A DNA stretch of 64,000 nucleotides from Shewanella sp. (GCA_037132815.1 JBAHZX010000104.1:16599-80598); one strand, 5' to 3'. Positions 10,503 through 24,056 are shown, counted from the stretch's first letter. Numbers and translations: made by a program. Notes: generated by a model from the sequence alone, not told the origin.

Positions 10503-11807
10503 ATGCAGATCCTCAATTGGCAAAATTTAAGCAAAGCTGAGCGTAAGAATGCACTGAGTCGTTCACCACTCGTCTCAGAAGATAACCTAGAGCAAAACGT
10601 CAAGGAGATAGTCAATACTGTCCTCGCATTGAAAGATGCGGCGCTTTTATCTTACAGTCAAAAGTTTGATGGTGTGAGCTTAACAGAACTAAAATTATCG
10701 ACCGATGATATTGAAACAGCTTGCGCTCGTGTCAATGAGGATATCAAGCAGGCCATCGCTCAAGCCATGGCCAATATCGAATCATTTCACCAGGCACAAA
10801 AATTTGAGCCTATCAGTATCGAGACTCAAGACGGAATACGGTGTGAATTAAGGACTGAAGCAATCGAAAAAGTGGGTCTATATATCCCAGGTGGCACCGC
10901 GCCGCTTATTTCGACTGTGATGATGCTGGCCCTGCCAGCGAGAATAGCAGGCTGTGAACAGCGGATATTGATCAGCCCTCCGCCAATCAATGATGCCATA
11001 GTATATGCTGCAACAGAGTGTGGGATCACAGAAATTTATCAGGTCGGTGGTGCCCAAGCCATCGCCGCACTGGCATTTGGTACTGAGTCTGTGCCTGCTG
11101 TAGACAAAATATTTGGCCCCGGCAACCGCTTTGTCACAGAAGCCAAGCGGCTAGTGTCTCAAGACAGTCGCTGTGTGGTGAGTATTGATATGCCAGCTGG
11201 CCCCTCAGAAGTCTTATTGATTGCTGACAAAGATGCCAATCCTGAGTTTATTGCCGCCGATCTGCTGTCCCAAGCTGAACACGGCCCCGACTCTCAGGTC
11301 ATGCTAGTGACCGACAGTGCCAGTCTTGCCGATAGGGTTAACCATGCCCTCGTTCGCCAACTCGAAGTACTGCCCCGTAAGAAGATAGCCCAGCTTGCAC
11401 TAGGATGCAGTCGCACTCTATTGGTGTCAGACATGCAACAAGCGACAATGGTCTCAAATCTATATGGACCCGAGCACCTGATCATCCAAACTGAGGCTCC
11501 ACGTGAACTATTAAGCTCTATTCGTGCTGCAGGCTCAGTATTCCTCGGTGCTTATACACCAGAATCTGTAGGGGATTATGCCAGCGGCACCAATCATGTC
11601 CTGCCAACTTATGGTTATAGCCGAGCGGTATCCAGCTTGTCTCTGGCTGATTTTTCTCGACGCTTTACCGTTCAAGAAGTCAGTGCCAAAGGATTGATGG
11701 GACTAGGTGAAACAGTCATGACCTTGGCTGCAGCAGAACTACTCGATGCCCACAAGAATGCAGTTAAAATCAGGTTAGACAGTTTACAAGCGGGAAATAC
11801 ATCATGA
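10503..11807 (+). CDS. hisD: Histidinol dehydrogenase
   Basis: [35 protein letters not shown]. Confidence 0.98.
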   Translation: MQILNWQNLSKAERKNALSRSPLVSEDNLEQNVKEIVNTVLALKDAALLSYSQKFDGVSLTELKLSTDDIETACARVNEDIKQAIAQAMANIESFHQAQKFEPISIETQDGIRCELRTEAIEKVGLYIPGGTAPLISTVMMLALPARIAGCEQRILISPPPINDAIVYAATECGITEIYQVGGAQAIAALAFGTESVPAVDKIFGPGNRFVTEAKRLVSQDSRCVVSIDMPAGPSEVLLIADKDANPEFIAADLLSQAEHGPDSQVMLVTDSASLADRVNHALVRQLEVLPRKKIAQLALGCSRTLLVSDMQQATMVSNLYGPEHLIIQTEAPRELLSSIRAAGSVFLGAYTPESVGDYASGTNHVLPTYGYSRAVSSLSLADFSRRFTVQEVSAKGLMGLGETVMTLAAAELLDAHKNAVKIRLDSLQAGNTS

Positions 11808-12898
11808 GTCCAAGTGATATAATGAGTAATAGTACTGACAACCTTGCACAGCGATTGGCACGTCCTGAACTATTAACTCTGCAGCCCTATCAATCGGCGA
11901 GACGTATCGGTGGTAAAGGGCATATCTGGGTCAATGCCAACGAATCTCCCTTTAATAATGCGCTACTAACCGATGTCACAATGGAAAATATCAACCGTTA
12001 TCCTGAGTGCCAGCCACCCGAGCTTATCTCAGCCTACAGTAACTACAGTGGCGTGGCTCAAGAATGCATTATCACAGGACGCGGGGCAGATGAAGCCATC
12101 GAATTACTTATTCGTACCTTCTGTGTTCCTGGCGTAGATTCTATTGCCTGCTTCGGTCCGACATATGGTATGTATGCCATCAGTGCCAAGACCTTTAATG
12201 TCGGTGTCAATGCATTAAATCTCACCACTGATTATCAGCTGCCACAAGATATTGCCGCTCAAATTGCGAAGGCTAAACTGGTGTTCATCTGTAACCCCAA
12301 TAACCCAACTGGCACGGTTATCGACAAAGCAAGGATTGAGCAAGTTATCGCTCAATTACCCAATGCTTTGGTGGTAGTCGATGAAGCTTATATCGAATTT
12401 TGCCCAGATTATAGTGTGGCAGATCTTATCGATAAATATGACAACTTAGTCGTGCTCAGGACCCTGTCGAAAGCCTTCGCACTGGCTGGCGCACGCTGTG
12501 GTTTCATGTTAGCAAACTCAAATATCTGTGAAATGGTGATGCGCGTTATCGCCCCCTATCCAGTGCCAATGCCAGTTGCTCAACTGGCTACAGCCGCATT
12601 AAGCACAGCAGGTATAAAACTGATGCAGCAACAAGTCAGTGAATTAAAGCGATGCGGCGAGCGTTTACGCGATGCCTTACAAGACTACGGTGCCAAGGTT
12701 TTGCCGGCGAATGGTAACTTTGTGTTAGTCCAACTTGATACTAATTCCACTCTGCGAGAAGATTTAGCTAATAACGGTGTAGTGGCCCGATCCTATAGCG
12801 ATCCGCGCTTAACTGACTGTGTCCGCTTTAGCTTTACCAACACAAATGAAACAGATTACCTCATCAAGCTACTGCTTCCAATGACAGCGGGCCTTTAG
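11804..12898 (+). CDS. hisC: Histidinol-phosphate aminotransferase
   Basis: NANESP, CNPNNPTG, DEAYIEF, RTLSKAFALAGARCG PLP-lysine motif. Confidence 0.97.
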   Translation: MSPSDIMSNSTDNLAQRLARPELLTLQPYQSARRIGGKGHIWVNANESPFNNALLTDVTMENINRYPECQPPELISAYSNYSGVAQECIITGRGADEAIELLIRTFCVPGVDSIACFGPTYGMYAISAKTFNVGVNALNLTTDYQLPQDIAAQIAKAKLVFICNPNNPTGTVIDKARIEQVIAQLPNALVVVDEAYIEFCPDYSVADLIDKYDNLVVLRTLSKAFALAGARCGFMLANSNICEMVMRVIAPYPVPMPVAQLATAALSTAGIKLMQQQVSELKRCGERLRDALQDYGAKVLPANGNFVLVQLDTNSTLREDLANNGVVARSYSDPRLTDCVRFSFTNTNETDYLIKLLLPMTAGL

Positions 12899-12976
12899 CT
12901 ATTCTAGAAAGCTAAAGATAGAAAAAATACAATAACAGAACAGTTAAACAAGATTTTATTTTAAGGTGGAAAGAGC

Positions 12977-14044
12977 ATGAAACAGAAAATTCTATTTATT
13001 GACCGTGATGGCACCATCATTGAAGAGCCGGTGACAGATAAACAGGTCGATAGCCTAGCTAAGCTGGTATTTGAGCCCAAAGTTATCCCAGCGTTGCTTA
13101 AACTGCAGCTTGCCGGTTTCCGCCTAGTGATGGTCAGCAACCAAGATGGCCTGGGCACTCCCTCTTTCCCTAAAGATGACTTCGATGCTCCCCAAAATAT
13201 GATGATGCAGATTTTACAAAGTCAGGGAGTCAAATTTGATGACGTGCTTATCTGCCCACATTTTGATAATGAAAACTGCAGCTGCCGTAAGCCTAAACTG
13301 GGCTTAGTCAAAGACTATCTAATCACAGGAAAGGTCGACTTCACCCTATCTGCCGTCATCGGCGATCGCCACACAGATATGGGGCTGGCCGAAGCCATGG
13401 GGGTTAAGGGCCTGCTGTATGATCGTCAAAACCTCAACTGGGATGCGATCGCAGAACAACTACTAACTCGTGACCGTATCGCAACAGTATTGCGCACCAC
13501 CAAAGAGACTAATATTCGCGTGACTATCGATCTAGACTCACAAACTAGAGGTAAAATAGACACAGGCATAGGTTTTCTCGATCATATGCTGGATCAAATT
13601 TCCACCCATGGTAACTTTAAAATGGATGTAAAGGTCGATGGCGATCTAGAGATAGACGATCACCACAGCGTCGAAGACACAGCGCTGGCTATCGGTGATG
13701 CTTTAAGGCAAGCCCTTGGCGATAAACGTGGCATCGCCCGCTTTGGTTTTTCCATCCCCATGGATGAGGCCAGTGCCGAATGCCTGCTAGATCTATCCGG
13801 TCGTCCTTTCATTAAATTCACAGGTCAGTTTGAGCGCGAGATGGTCGGTGAGATGTCCACCGAAATGGTGCCACACTTCTTTGGTTCATTTGCAGACGGA
13901 TTACGTTGCACCTTACACCTCAAAACTCAGGGTAACAACGATCACCACAAGGTCGAGAGTCTGTTTAAAGTTTTGGGTCGCACCCTTCGCCAAGCTATTA
14001 AAATCGAGGGTGACCTTTTGCCTTCCAGTAAAGGAGTGTTATGA
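12977..14044 (+). CDS. hisB: Bifunctional histidinol-phosphatase / imidazoleglycerol-phosphate dehydratase
   Basis: FIDRDGT HAD motif; DDHHSVED and NDHHKVE IGPD motifs. Confidence 0.98.
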   Translation: MKQKILFIDRDGTIIEEPVTDKQVDSLAKLVFEPKVIPALLKLQLAGFRLVMVSNQDGLGTPSFPKDDFDAPQNMMMQILQSQGVKFDDVLICPHFDNENCSCRKPKLGLVKDYLITGKVDFTLSAVIGDRHTDMGLAEAMGVKGLLYDRQNLNWDAIAEQLLTRDRIATVLRTTKETNIRVTIDLDSQTRGKIDTGIGFLDHMLDQISTHGNFKMDVKVDGDLEIDDHHSVEDTALAIGDALRQALGDKRGIARFGFSIPMDEASAECLLDLSGRPFIKFTGQFEREMVGEMSTEMVPHFFGSFADGLRCTLHLKTQGNNDHHKVESLFKVLGRTLRQAIKIEGDLLPSSKGVL

Positions 14045-14730
14045 GCCAAGCAAATAACGCTGTCAACTCAACGGTGATTATCGACACCGGTTGCGCTAAT
14101 TTAAACTCAGTTCGTTATGCCTTCGAGCGGCTGACTAAGGATGTGGTGGTCAGCGATGATCATCGAGTGATCAAGGCGGCCACCCGCGTGGTACTTCCTG
14201 GGGTTGGCACCGCTGGGGCTGCTATGGAGTCCCTTAACAACAAGCACCTTGTCGATCTAATCCAACATATTAAGCAACCCGTACTCGGCGTCTGCTTAGG
14301 CATGCAAATGATGACGAATAAATCAAAAGAGCAAGGCGGGCGTGACATCGATGGTGAGTGTTTAGGACTAATCCCCACTTCAATTACAGATTTAAATAGC
14401 CAAGGACTGCCCCTTCCTCACATGGGTTGGAATCAAATAAGTCCATCATCACATCCATTATTTAAGGATATACCCGAAGGAAGCTATCTGTATTTTGTTC
14501 ATAGCTATAAAGCACCTCTGAGTGAGTTTACTATTGCAACATGTAAATATGGCGAAATCTTCAGTGCCGCTATCGCCAAAGATAACTTTATGGGGGTACA
14601 ATTTCACCCAGAAAAAAGTGCCAAAATTGGCTCACAAATATTAAGTAATTTTTTAGCTTTAAATACAAAATCTCTTAACAGTGCCAATTGGAAAATAAAT
14701 GCTAAAGAGAATAAGGAGCAAAAATCATGA
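14041..14730 (+). CDS. hisH: Imidazole glycerol phosphate synthase, glutaminase subunit
   Basis: LPGVG, GVCLGMQ, PHMGWN, QFHPEKS. Confidence 0.97.
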   Translation: MSQANNAVNSTVIIDTGCANLNSVRYAFERLTKDVVVSDDHRVIKAATRVVLPGVGTAGAAMESLNNKHLVDLIQHIKQPVLGVCLGMQMMTNKSKEQGGRDIDGECLGLIPTSITDLNSQGLPLPHMGWNQISPSSHPLFKDIPEGSYLYFVHSYKAPLSEFTIATCKYGEIFSAAIAKDNFMGVQFHPEKSAKIGSQILSNFLALNTKSLNSANWKINAKENKEQKS

Positions 14731-15485
14731 TCATTCCAGCAATCGATCTCATTGATGGTCAAGTGGTTCGTCTCTATCAAGGTGACTATAACCAAAAAAC
14801 GACCTTTAACATATCTCCGCTTTCTCAGCTTAAGTCTTATCAAGACCAAGGTGCCAAATGGCTGCACATCGTCGATCTTACTGGTGCGAAAAATCCAGAT
14901 GCTCGTCAGACTCAACTCATCTCTGAACTGGTCGCAGGGCTCGATGCCAATATCCAAGTGGGTGGTGGTATTCGCTCCGAGGCACAATTGGCTGAACTGT
15001 TAGAGATAGGCGTGAAACGGGTAGTTATTGGCTCTCTCGCCGTCAAAGAGACAGAATTAGTACAGAGCTGGTTTCAAAAATATGGCCCAGATGCCATCTG
15101 CCTAGCACTGGATATCAACATTAATAACCACGGCGAAAAAATTGTGGCGGTATCAGGCTGGCAGAGCGAGGGTGGAAAGTCATTGGAATCCTTAGTTGAA
15201 GCATTTAAGCCTCACGGTCTCAAACATGCTCTAGTCACCGATATTAGCCGTGACGGCACCTTGAAAGGAGCCAATAACGAGTTATATTCAGAAATAGTGG
15301 CTAGCTACCCAGAGATAAATTGGCAAGCATCAGGCGGTATCGCCAGTCTAGATGATGTATCAGCGGTGCGAAATAGTGGTGCAGATAGCATTATCATAGG
15401 CAAGGCGCTGCTTATCGAAAACTTTAGCGTCGAACAAGCGATACAATGTTGGCCTAATACTTCCGGAGGTGCTGATGCAAGCTAG
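14727..15485 (+). CDS. hisA: ProFAR isomerase
   Basis: [27 protein letters not shown]. Confidence 0.97.
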   Translation: MIIPAIDLIDGQVVRLYQGDYNQKTTFNISPLSQLKSYQDQGAKWLHIVDLTGAKNPDARQTQLISELVAGLDANIQVGGGIRSEAQLAELLEIGVKRVVIGSLAVKETELVQSWFQKYGPDAICLALDININNHGEKIVAVSGWQSEGGKSLESLVEAFKPHGLKHALVTDISRDGTLKGANNELYSEIVASYPEINWQASGGIASLDDVSAVRNSGADSIIIGKALLIENFSVEQAIQCWPNTSGGADAS

Positions 15486-15529
15486 AAATATGAGCCTGGC
15501 TGCTGTATTAACTTGCTTTGGAGTCTACG

Positions 15530-16303
15530 ATGCTAGCTAAAAGAATCGTCCCCTGCTTAGATGTGAAAGATGGTAAGGTCGTCAAAGGTGTTCAATTTAG
15601 GAATCATCAGATCGTCGGTAATATTGTGCCTTTAGCCGCTCGATATGCCGAGGAAGGTGCCGATGAATTGGTCTTTTATGATATTACCGCCAGTGCCCAC
15701 GACAGAGTTATCGACCGTTCTTGGATCAGCCGGGTCGCGGAGCAGATAGATATTCCTTTCTGTGTCGCGGGTGGAATTAGAAGCATAGAGCAGGCTCGAG
15801 AGAAATTGGCCTTTGGTGCGGATAAGATCTCAATTAATTCACCCGCATTGACCGACCCAAGCTTGATAGAACGTTTACAAGATGAGTTCGGCAGGCAATG
15901 TATCGTCATAGGTATAGATTCCTATTACGATGCCAATAGCGACAGCTACAAGGTGAAACAGTTTACCGGTGATGAAGCTGCGACTAAGGACACCCAGTGG
16001 TTCACTCAAGATTGGGTGCAAGAAGTACAACAACGTGGCTGTGGTGAAATTGTTCTCAATGTGATGAACCAAGATGGTGTACGCCAAGGTTATGACTTAA
16101 AACAGCTCTCCATGATACGTGAGCTCTGTGATGTACCGCTTATCGCTTCAGGCGGTGCCGGTACCATGGCACATTTCAAGGATGTTTTTGAGATTGCCAA
16201 AGTTGATGCCGCGCTGGCCGCTAGCGTATTCCATAAGGGGATCATCGATATACAAGAACTCAAAAGCTATCTAAGAACTCAACACATAGCCATCAGATGC
16301 TAA
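15530..16303 (+). CDS. hisF: Imidazole glycerol phosphate synthase, cyclase subunit
   Basis: [12 protein letters not shown] start (ATG 15530 after a GGAG RBS), [20 protein letters not shown]. Confidence 0.97.
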   Translation: MLAKRIVPCLDVKDGKVVKGVQFRNHQIVGNIVPLAARYAEEGADELVFYDITASAHDRVIDRSWISRVAEQIDIPFCVAGGIRSIEQAREKLAFGADKISINSPALTDPSLIERLQDEFGRQCIVIGIDSYYDANSDSYKVKQFTGDEAATKDTQWFTQDWVQEVQQRGCGEIVLNVMNQDGVRQGYDLKQLSMIRELCDVPLIASGGAGTMAHFKDVFEIAKVDAALAASVFHKGIIDIQELKSYLRTQHIAIRC

Positions 16304-16400
16304 CGGAGTTTCAATCGGCTCATTTATCTTGTCCTAGGTTATTTTTGATATAGCTAGATAAGAGTTAGACAGACATAGGTAATCGGTAGTAGGAAAAATA

Positions 16401-17033
16401 ATGACACAGATAAACACGAACGAATCATTAGTAAATCAGCTAGATTGGGAAAAACAAGCGGGGTTGATCCCAGCTGTCGTACAGAACTATCTCTCAGGCA
16501 AGGTGTTGATGCTAGGTTATATGGACCGCTCAGCACTGGAGAAAACTTTAAGCACAAACCAAGTGACATTTTATAGCCGCTCCAAGCAACGTCTCTGGAC
16601 TAAAGGGGAAGAGTCAGGTAATACCCTGGATTTAGTGGCCATCGACAAAGATTGTGATAACGACAGTTTGCTGGTGCAGGTCATTCCTAACGGACCCACT
16701 TGTCATCTAGAAAGAGAGAGTTGCTGGCCCGATGGTCATGCTCATCCCTTCATCGATAACCTGACCCAGCTTATCGCATCACGTAAAGGGGACGACCCAA
16801 AATCCAGCTATACCGCGTACCTGTTTGAGCGTGGCACCAAACGCATCGCTCAAAAAGTAGGCGAGGAAGGTCTAGAAACGGCCCTTGCCGCAGCCACTCA
16901 CGACAAGCCAGAATTGATCGACGAGGCATCAGATCTCATGTATCACCTACTGGTCTTACTCGAGGATCAAGACTTAAGCATGAATGATATTACCAACAAC
17001 TTAATGCAGCGACACATAGCCGCGTCAAAATAA
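16401..17033 (+). CDS. hisI: Bifunctional phosphoribosyl-AMP cyclohydrolase / phosphoribosyl-ATP pyrophosphatase
   Basis: [34 protein letters not shown]. Confidence 0.97.
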   Translation: MTQINTNESLVNQLDWEKQAGLIPAVVQNYLSGKVLMLGYMDRSALEKTLSTNQVTFYSRSKQRLWTKGEESGNTLDLVAIDKDCDNDSLLVQVIPNGPTCHLERESCWPDGHAHPFIDNLTQLIASRKGDDPKSSYTAYLFERGTKRIAQKVGEEGLETALAAATHDKPELIDEASDLMYHLLVLLEDQDLSMNDITNNLMQRHIAASK

Positions 17034-17037
17034 TAAT

Positions 17038-17068
17038 TATCTTGCCTGCTAAACCAAGCGGCAAGATA
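17038..17068 (+). terminator. Hairpin immediately after the his operon (possible terminator)
   Basis: TATCTTGCC...GGCAAGATA 9-bp outer stem; weak U tract. Confidence 0.4.
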
Positions 17069-17324
17069 TAATTGTTTAATCATGTTCGACTCAGCCCGAA
17101 GTTAAGGCGTCTCATACTCAGCAGTCACTCGATACTTATCCATATCTGCTGATAGACGCCTTTGGTATGACTCTGACGCGCCAAAAAACAGGACAACTTG
17201 ACATTAGGATTGCCGACAATTTAAGTTTAACTCAGCCAGAACAGTCAATTTCCCTTCACCATAGTGTTGAAAAATGTAAGTTCTGTTACAATCTATTCAG
17301 TTATATACCCAAATAAAATACCCT

Positions 17325-18431
17325 ATGAATCATTCAAACAAAGTTCTAGCAGTAAATGATGACCTGCCTATTCGCACCAATAAGCCCGTTCATTCAGGTA
17401 AAGTTCGAAGTGTCTATTGGCTTACGGCTGAGGATAGCGCCCGCCTAATAGAACAGAAAGGTTATGACGTTCCTAAAGAGACCCCACTCGCTATTATGGT
17501 GATCAGTGACCGGATCTCAGCATTCGATTGTATCTGGCAAGCTGAAAATGGCTTAAACGGTGTTCCAGGAAAAGGGGCGGCATTAAATGCCATCTCTAAC
17601 CACTGGTTTACACTATTTAGAGAAAAAGGTTTAGCCGATAGCCATATTCTAGACGTCCCTCACCCATTTGTTTGGATCGTACAAAAAGCGCAACCAGTGA
17701 TGGTCGAAGCGATCGCCAGACAATTTATAACTGGCTCTATGTGGCGTGCCTATGCCAAAGGTGAGCGAGAGTTCTGTGGTATCACGTTGCCAGAAGGTCT
17801 TAAAAAAGATCAAAAGCTGCCAGAGCTGTTAATCACTCCATCCTCCAAGGGCGTGCTTACCGGCCTTGAGGGGGTGCCTGAAGTCGATGATGTTAATGTA
17901 TCGCGTGCCGATCTTGAGCGTCACCTACAAGGCTTTAACTTCCACGCTAAATCAGATATTGACCTATACGAGAAGCTATTGAAAGAAGGCTTTAGCGTTA
18001 TAAGTGAAGCATTAGCCGAGCAAGATCAGATTTTTATCGACACTAAATTCGAATTCGGTTATGTCAAAGGTGCAGATGGTAAAGATAAACTCATCTATAT
18101 GGATGAAGTGGGCACACCTGATAGCTCTCGCATCTGGGATGGTCCGGCACACCGTGAAGGTAACATCATAGAGAAGTCCAAAGAAGGATTCAGACAGTGG
18201 CTACTCAACCACTTCCCAGACGCTGACATATTACTCAACAAGGCACGCATGCCTGAGCGTGTTGCGCTAGCACAAAATAACAAACTACCAACCCAAGTGA
18301 TGATGGATATATCCATCACTTACATCGGCATTGCAGAGAAAGTGATCGGTAAAAAGTTAATAATTAGCGAGAACCCTAAACAAGAGATCATCGATATTCT
18401 CCGCGATGAATATCAGTTAATTGCGGACTAA
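17325..18431 (+). CDS. purC: SAICAR synthetase (long Vibrio/Shewanella-type PurC)
   Basis: [36 protein letters not shown]; 368 aa; upstream extended -10 TGtTACAAT at 17284-17292. Confidence 0.95.
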   Translation: MNHSNKVLAVNDDLPIRTNKPVHSGKVRSVYWLTAEDSARLIEQKGYDVPKETPLAIMVISDRISAFDCIWQAENGLNGVPGKGAALNAISNHWFTLFREKGLADSHILDVPHPFVWIVQKAQPVMVEAIARQFITGSMWRAYAKGEREFCGITLPEGLKKDQKLPELLITPSSKGVLTGLEGVPEVDDVNVSRADLERHLQGFNFHAKSDIDLYEKLLKEGFSVISEALAEQDQIFIDTKFEFGYVKGADGKDKLIYMDEVGTPDSSRIWDGPAHREGNIIEKSKEGFRQWLLNHFPDADILLNKARMPERVALAQNNKLPTQVMMDISITYIGIAEKVIGKKLIISENPKQEIIDILRDEYQLIAD

Positions 18432-18470
18432 ATTGACTCAATAATTTTCAAGAAGCTAATCGCCTCGTAG

Positions 18471-18504
18471 AAAACTGCAATGTCTCATTGGACGTTGCAG
18501 TTTT
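18471..18504. terminator. Intrinsic terminator after purC (probably bidirectional)
   Basis: AAAACTGCAATGTC-tcattg-GACGTTGCAGTTTT. Confidence 0.75.
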
Positions 18505-18705
18505 ACCATTACATCAGACCCACTTAACCGCTAATAACCTGACTCATTTTGTACATGTTTGATAAATATCATCGACGTTACAGCCCAGACTTCTAAACCT
18601 GAGCTTAGCACTTACTATCCTCATTGAACTTATGCATATCGGTGATCCCATAATCAAAGTAATACCTACCGAGTGCGGTTAGCAAACACATCAAATAAAG
18701 CCACA

Positions 18706-19641
18706 TCAATAGAGTGGGGCTTCACCTTCTGGTCTGGTTTTTAATACCTTCAAAAACCACATATACTGCTCGGGGTAAGCTAAAATCACCTGCTCTACCA
18801 CCTTATTTAGGGCTATGGCTTCATTCTCTTTGCCCTGCATCGTTTCTGGGTCCATGGCCGGCATCACGGTCAAGTCATAACGGCGTGCTTTTTGATCGTA
18901 ACCGATTTTAACTGGTATCATCTGGGCATTGCCAGCTTGTGCTATGCGGCCCACTACAGGTAAGGTCGCTTTTACCGTACCTAAAAAAGGGGCGAACACA
19001 CTTTTATTTGAACCAAGATCTTCGTCGGGCAAATAGAAAAAACTGTAATTATTTTTAAGCTCGGATAACAAGACACGAATACCCGCCTCCCGCATATAAA
19101 TATGGGCACCGAGTGAGCTGCGCAAGCGATTGTTGAACCAGTTAAATAAACCATTTCTATGGGCCTTGGCCATGCTAACCATGGACACTTCCAAATTGAG
19201 CCTCAACCCAGCATATTCGATCCCCCATACATGGGGCATAATGAAAACAACAGGTTGGCCAGCTGCTTTTGCTCGCTCTACATGTTCAAAGCCGATAAGA
19301 TTAACTCTGCGTCTCAGGTGGGCTTTGGAACGTACCATAAGCTCAGATTGTGCCAGCAGTATCATGACAAAATTTTCGATATTCTCATTAAGCAGAGACT
19401 CAATCTCTTGCGATGACTTTTCGGGAAAACAGCAAGTGAGATTCGTCCTCGCCACTGAAATAGGCTTTGTGGCTATCTTAGTCACAATTTTTGCCAGTTG
19501 GCGTGCAATAGGATCACGTAACCAAGCAGGCATAAGTCCAAACAGGGCTAAAATGGCGATACCAATCCAAGTAAAAAAATATTTAGGGTGCAATAATTCG
19601 ATTTTAAAACGGCGATCGAAATAGTTTGGCTTTCTCGACAA
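18706..19641 (-). CDS. lpxM: Lipid A biosynthesis late acyltransferase (LpxM/MsbB-like)
   Basis: N-terminal TM segment, PHVWGIE, YLPDED, PEQYMWFLKVLKTRP. Confidence 0.8.
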   Translation of the reverse strand: MSRKPNYFDRRFKIELLHPKYFFTWIGIAILALFGLMPAWLRDPIARQLAKIVTKIATKPISVARTNLTCCFPEKSSQEIESLLNENIENFVMILLAQSELMVRSKAHLRRRVNLIGFEHVERAKAAGQPVVFIMPHVWGIEYAGLRLNLEVSMVSMAKAHRNGLFNWFNNRLRSSLGAHIYMREAGIRVLLSELKNNYSFFYLPDEDLGSNKSVFAPFLGTVKATLPVVGRIAQAGNAQMIPVKIGYDQKARRYDLTVMPAMDPETMQGKENEAIALNKVVEQVILAYPEQYMWFLKVLKTRPEGEAPLY

Positions 19642-19685
19642 AATACAGGCCTCAAGCTAAAAATTAATGAGAAAAAATGAAAATG

Positions 19686-19711
19686 AAAAAGCCACTCGCT
19701 TGAGTGGCTTT
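19686..19711 (-). terminator. Intrinsic terminator after ihfA
   Basis: AAAGCCACTC-4 nt-GAGTGGCTTT with a T run on the minus strand. Confidence 0.8.
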
Positions 19712-19731
19712 AGCCTTAAGCTAACTCGACA

Positions 19732-20028
19732 TTATTTTTCTGAGTTTGCTTCCTCTACGCGACTTTTCAACTTCTGTCCAGGACGGAAGGTGACTACACG
19801 ACGAGCCGAAATAGGTATATCTTCGCCTGTCTTCGGATTTCTTCCTGGTCTTTGATTCTTATTTCTAAGGTCAAAATTGCCGAAGCCAGATAATTTGACC
19901 TGCTCACCACTTTCAAGCGCTTGGCGAATTTCTTCGAAAAACGTCTCGACCATCTCCTTAGCTACACGCTTATTAATTCCCAGCGTTTCAAAAAGATGCT
20001 CTGCCATTTCGGCTTTGGTAAGTGCCAT
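19732..20028 (-). CDS. ihfA: Integration host factor alpha subunit
   Basis: [13 protein letters not shown]...GFGNFDLR...[10 protein letters not shown]; pheT-ihfA synteny. Confidence 0.99.
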   Translation of the reverse strand: MALTKAEMAEHLFETLGINKRVAKEMVETFFEEIRQALESGEQVKLSGFGNFDLRNKNQRPGRNPKTGEDIPISARRVVTFRPGQKLKSRVEEANSEK

Positions 20029-20032
20029 ACTT

Positions 20033-22420
20033 TTAATCCCTCAAGAATGCGTTGAACTCTGACTTGAGAGCAAAAACGACTGAATCTACCATCTCAGCTA
20101 TCTCTTTTTCTTCAAGTGTACGAGTGTTGTCTTGTAATGTAAGTGCGATCGCTAAGCTCTTCTTGCCTGACTCAACACCCTTACCTTGGTATACATCGAA
20201 TAAGTTTATGCCAACCAACTGATTTTGGCCAACTTTTCTTATCATTTTTACAACATCACTAGATGAAACACTATCATCTATAACAATAGCGATATCACGA
20301 CGATTTGCTTGAAACTTAGATACAGCCTGTGCTTGCGGTAAACAAGCATGCAGTAAAATGTCCAATTCAAGTTCAAAAATAATTGTTGTGCTATTAAGGC
20401 CAAAAGGCTTTTCTAAGTTAGGATGGACGGTACCTATTATACCAATCACTCTATCATCCCTTAATATTTCAGCACATTGTCCAGGATGAAGTGCTGGATG
20501 AGTTGCGGGTCTAAAACTAAATTCTGTTTCGGAAACGGTCAAGCCAATAACAGCTTCCAAATCACCCTTAAGATCAAAAAAGTCGACAGTTTTAGATTCC
20601 ATGGACCAATGTTCATCATTCTGGTTACCAGAAATCACAGCCGCAAGCATCGGCTGTTGACACACATTTGAGTCGGCTGATGTATCAGGTACGAAACGGA
20701 GACCGGTTTCGAATAAACGGACCCTATTTTGTTGACGACTCTGGTTATGGCCAACGGCACTGAGCAAACCGGTAAACAGTGACAGACGCATTGCTGACAT
20801 TTCTATAGAAATCGGGTTAGGCAAAATCATGGCTTCACAACCCGGATGTAGCTTCTCCTGAAGCTTAGGGTCGACAAAACTGTAGGTTATAGCTTCCTGG
20901 AAACCACGAGCCACCAGCATGCTACGCACTCGCTTTAAGCTGATATCAGACTCTTTATGGTCCGGCATACTCAAAGAACCAACAGGCGCAATATTTGGAA
21001 TATTATTGTAACCATAGATCCGAGCAACTTCTTCGATCAAGTCTTCTTCAATAGCCATATCGAAACGGTATGTCGCTGTCACAACGTGCCATTGATCATT
21101 AATGAACTCTACAGCAAAACCCAAACGTTCAAAGATTTCAGTGACTTCATCGTCAGGAATGTGATGACCTAATATGCGATCTAGCTTGCTTCGACGTAAG
21201 GTGATCGATACTGGCTTAGGCAGATATTGGTCAGCTTTAGCCTCAACAACTGGTCCAGCTTCACCACCACAAATATCGAGAACCAAACGAGTCGCTCTAT
21301 CCATCACTTTGTGCTGTAGTTCAGGGTCTACACCTCGCTCAAAGCGATGAGATGAATCTGTATGCAGGCCAAGTTGACGTGTCTTACCTAAGATAGCCAA
21401 AGGTGCAAAGAAGGCACACTCAAGTAAAATATCTTGAGTGTCACTGTTCACACCTGAGTATTCGCCGCCAAAAACACCTGCAAGTGCCAAAGACTTGTCT
21501 TGATCACTAATAACTAACATATCCGCAGGTACGGTGATTTCATTACCATTAAGCAATGTGAGCTTCTCATCACCTGTTGCCATGCGCACCTGAATATCAC
21601 CCTTTATCTTGGTAAGATCGAAAGCATGCATCGGTTGACCAAATTCAATTAAGACATAATTGGTGATATCAACAATGGGATCGATAGAGCGAATGCCACT
21701 ACGACGTAGCTTCTCTTGCATCCAAAGTGGTGATTGCGCCTTAACATTCACATTCTTCACTACACGGCCAAGGTAACGTGCACAAGACTCTGGAGCCTGA
21801 AGATCAATTTGAATCGAATCTTCAATCGAAGGGATCACTTTTTCCCAAGTCGGCTCAATCACAGTTTGACGACTGAGTACACCAACTTCACGAGCCAACC
21901 CCGATATGCCGAGGCAATCGGCACGGTTAGCCGTAAGATCGACATCGATAACCGCATCTTCCAGATCTAAATATTCACGTATATCTACACCTACTGGCGC
22001 GTCAGTGGGTAATTCAAGGATCCCGTCACTCTCGATATCAATACCGAGTTCACCAAAAGAACATAGCATACCCAATGAGGGTTCACCGCGAAGCTTAGCC
22101 TTCTTAATTTTGAAGTTGCCAGGCAGCACCGCGCCGACCATAGCAACGGCAACTTTCAGGCCTAAACGACAGTTAGGCGCACCACAAACAATGTCGATAA
22201 GTTCATCGTGACCAACATTAATTTTAGTCACTCGTAGCTTATCGGCATTCGGGTGCTGACCACACTCGACAACTTCGCCCACGATGACTCCGGAAAACTT
22301 ACCAGCGACAGCTTCGATACCATCGACTTCAAGACCCGCCATAGTAATTTGATATGACAATTGGTCACGACTTATGCTTGGGTTCACCCACTCACGGAGC
22401 CAAGATTCACTAAATTTCAT
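20033..22420 (-). CDS. pheT: Phenylalanine--tRNA ligase beta subunit
   Basis: [29 protein letters not shown]; 795 aa. Confidence 0.99.
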   Translation of the reverse strand: MKFSESWLREWVNPSISRDQLSYQITMAGLEVDGIEAVAGKFSGVIVGEVVECGQHPNADKLRVTKINVGHDELIDIVCGAPNCRLGLKVAVAMVGAVLPGNFKIKKAKLRGEPSLGMLCSFGELGIDIESDGILELPTDAPVGVDIREYLDLEDAVIDVDLTANRADCLGISGLAREVGVLSRQTVIEPTWEKVIPSIEDSIQIDLQAPESCARYLGRVVKNVNVKAQSPLWMQEKLRRSGIRSIDPIVDITNYVLIEFGQPMHAFDLTKIKGDIQVRMATGDEKLTLLNGNEITVPADMLVISDQDKSLALAGVFGGEYSGVNSDTQDILLECAFFAPLAILGKTRQLGLHTDSSHRFERGVDPELQHKVMDRATRLVLDICGGEAGPVVEAKADQYLPKPVSITLRRSKLDRILGHHIPDDEVTEIFERLGFAVEFINDQWHVVTATYRFDMAIEEDLIEEVARIYGYNNIPNIAPVGSLSMPDHKESDISLKRVRSMLVARGFQEAITYSFVDPKLQEKLHPGCEAMILPNPISIEMSAMRLSLFTGLLSAVGHNQSRQQNRVRLFETGLRFVPDTSADSNVCQQPMLAAVISGNQNDEHWSMESKTVDFFDLKGDLEAVIGLTVSETEFSFRPATHPALHPGQCAEILRDDRVIGIIGTVHPNLEKPFGLNSTTIIFELELDILLHACLPQAQAVSKFQANRRDIAIVIDDSVSSSDVVKMIRKVGQNQLVGINLFDVYQGKGVESGKKSLAIALTLQDNTRTLEEKEIAEMVDSVVFALKSEFNAFLRD

Positions 22421-22434
22421 GCTATACAGCTCCG

Positions 22435-23421
<987 letters not shown>

Positions 23422-23466
23422 TTATTCCAGTGCATTTGGCCTTCACATTAAGGCCATTACTTTGTG

Positions 23467-23523
23467 TTACTGTCTATTTATATTACGAAAATAGAAAAAG
23501 AGACAAATTTTACGTGAGCTCAT
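23467..23523 (-). CDS. Candidate pheST leader peptide MSSRKICLFFYFRNINRQ (PheM-like)
   Basis: 18-codon ORF just upstream of pheS containing FFYF, followed by hairpin TGGCCTT-6 nt-AAGGCCA (23437-23456); no clear RBS or U tract. Confidence 0.35.
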   Translation of the reverse strand: MSSRKICLFFYFRNINRQ

Positions 23524-24056
23524 CGATTTTGACTAGGGCTAATTTACGCTTTTTAACCATAAAACCCTTATATATCGCTTTCATTATCAATATTTCTCTA
23601 ACTTCAGTACAAACTTGATGTTCAAAACATCGAACACCAGCCCTTGCAAAGGGCAAATCATTGCGACCAGATAAACACATGCTCCCATATTCGCATAAAC
23701 AATGAATAATCAATATTATTAATGTGAACTTCATGTTAATTAATTGGTAAAGTGACTAATTGTTAATCTGTAATGACATTCTAATAACCTAATCATTCAG
23801 ACAATTACGCCTTGCTTAAAGTTAACATTCCAGCTCAATAGGCTATGAGAACGTAATTGAGGATGAGATCATGGCTCTAAACAATGTTCGATTAAACCGA
23901 ATGGGGTTAAGCTGTTTGCTTTAACGGTTTCTATAATGCTGTTTTGAATCGCTTCACCGAGTGCTCTTTCTCTTTGACACTTTCTGGACGGATTTCCTCC
24001 TAGAACCCAGCAATAATCATACTTATAAAGGAGTTACCTGCCTCCGATTCAGCAAC

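Noticed and set aside
19732-20028. ihfA next to a sigma54-dependent locus as a functional link
   Set aside because: pheT-ihfA is ancient conserved synteny, so proximity is most likely coincidental
23640-23690. AGGGCAAA as the possible start of a c-di-GMP-I riboswitch
   Set aside because: The GAAA tetraloop stem and GACGCAAAGC core are absent; it is only a small GCCCTT/AAGGGC hairpin
23510-23734. 74-aa minus-strand ORF upstream of pheS
   Set aside because: No RBS or recognisable motif, AT-rich spacer, overlaps the probable pheS promoter/leader
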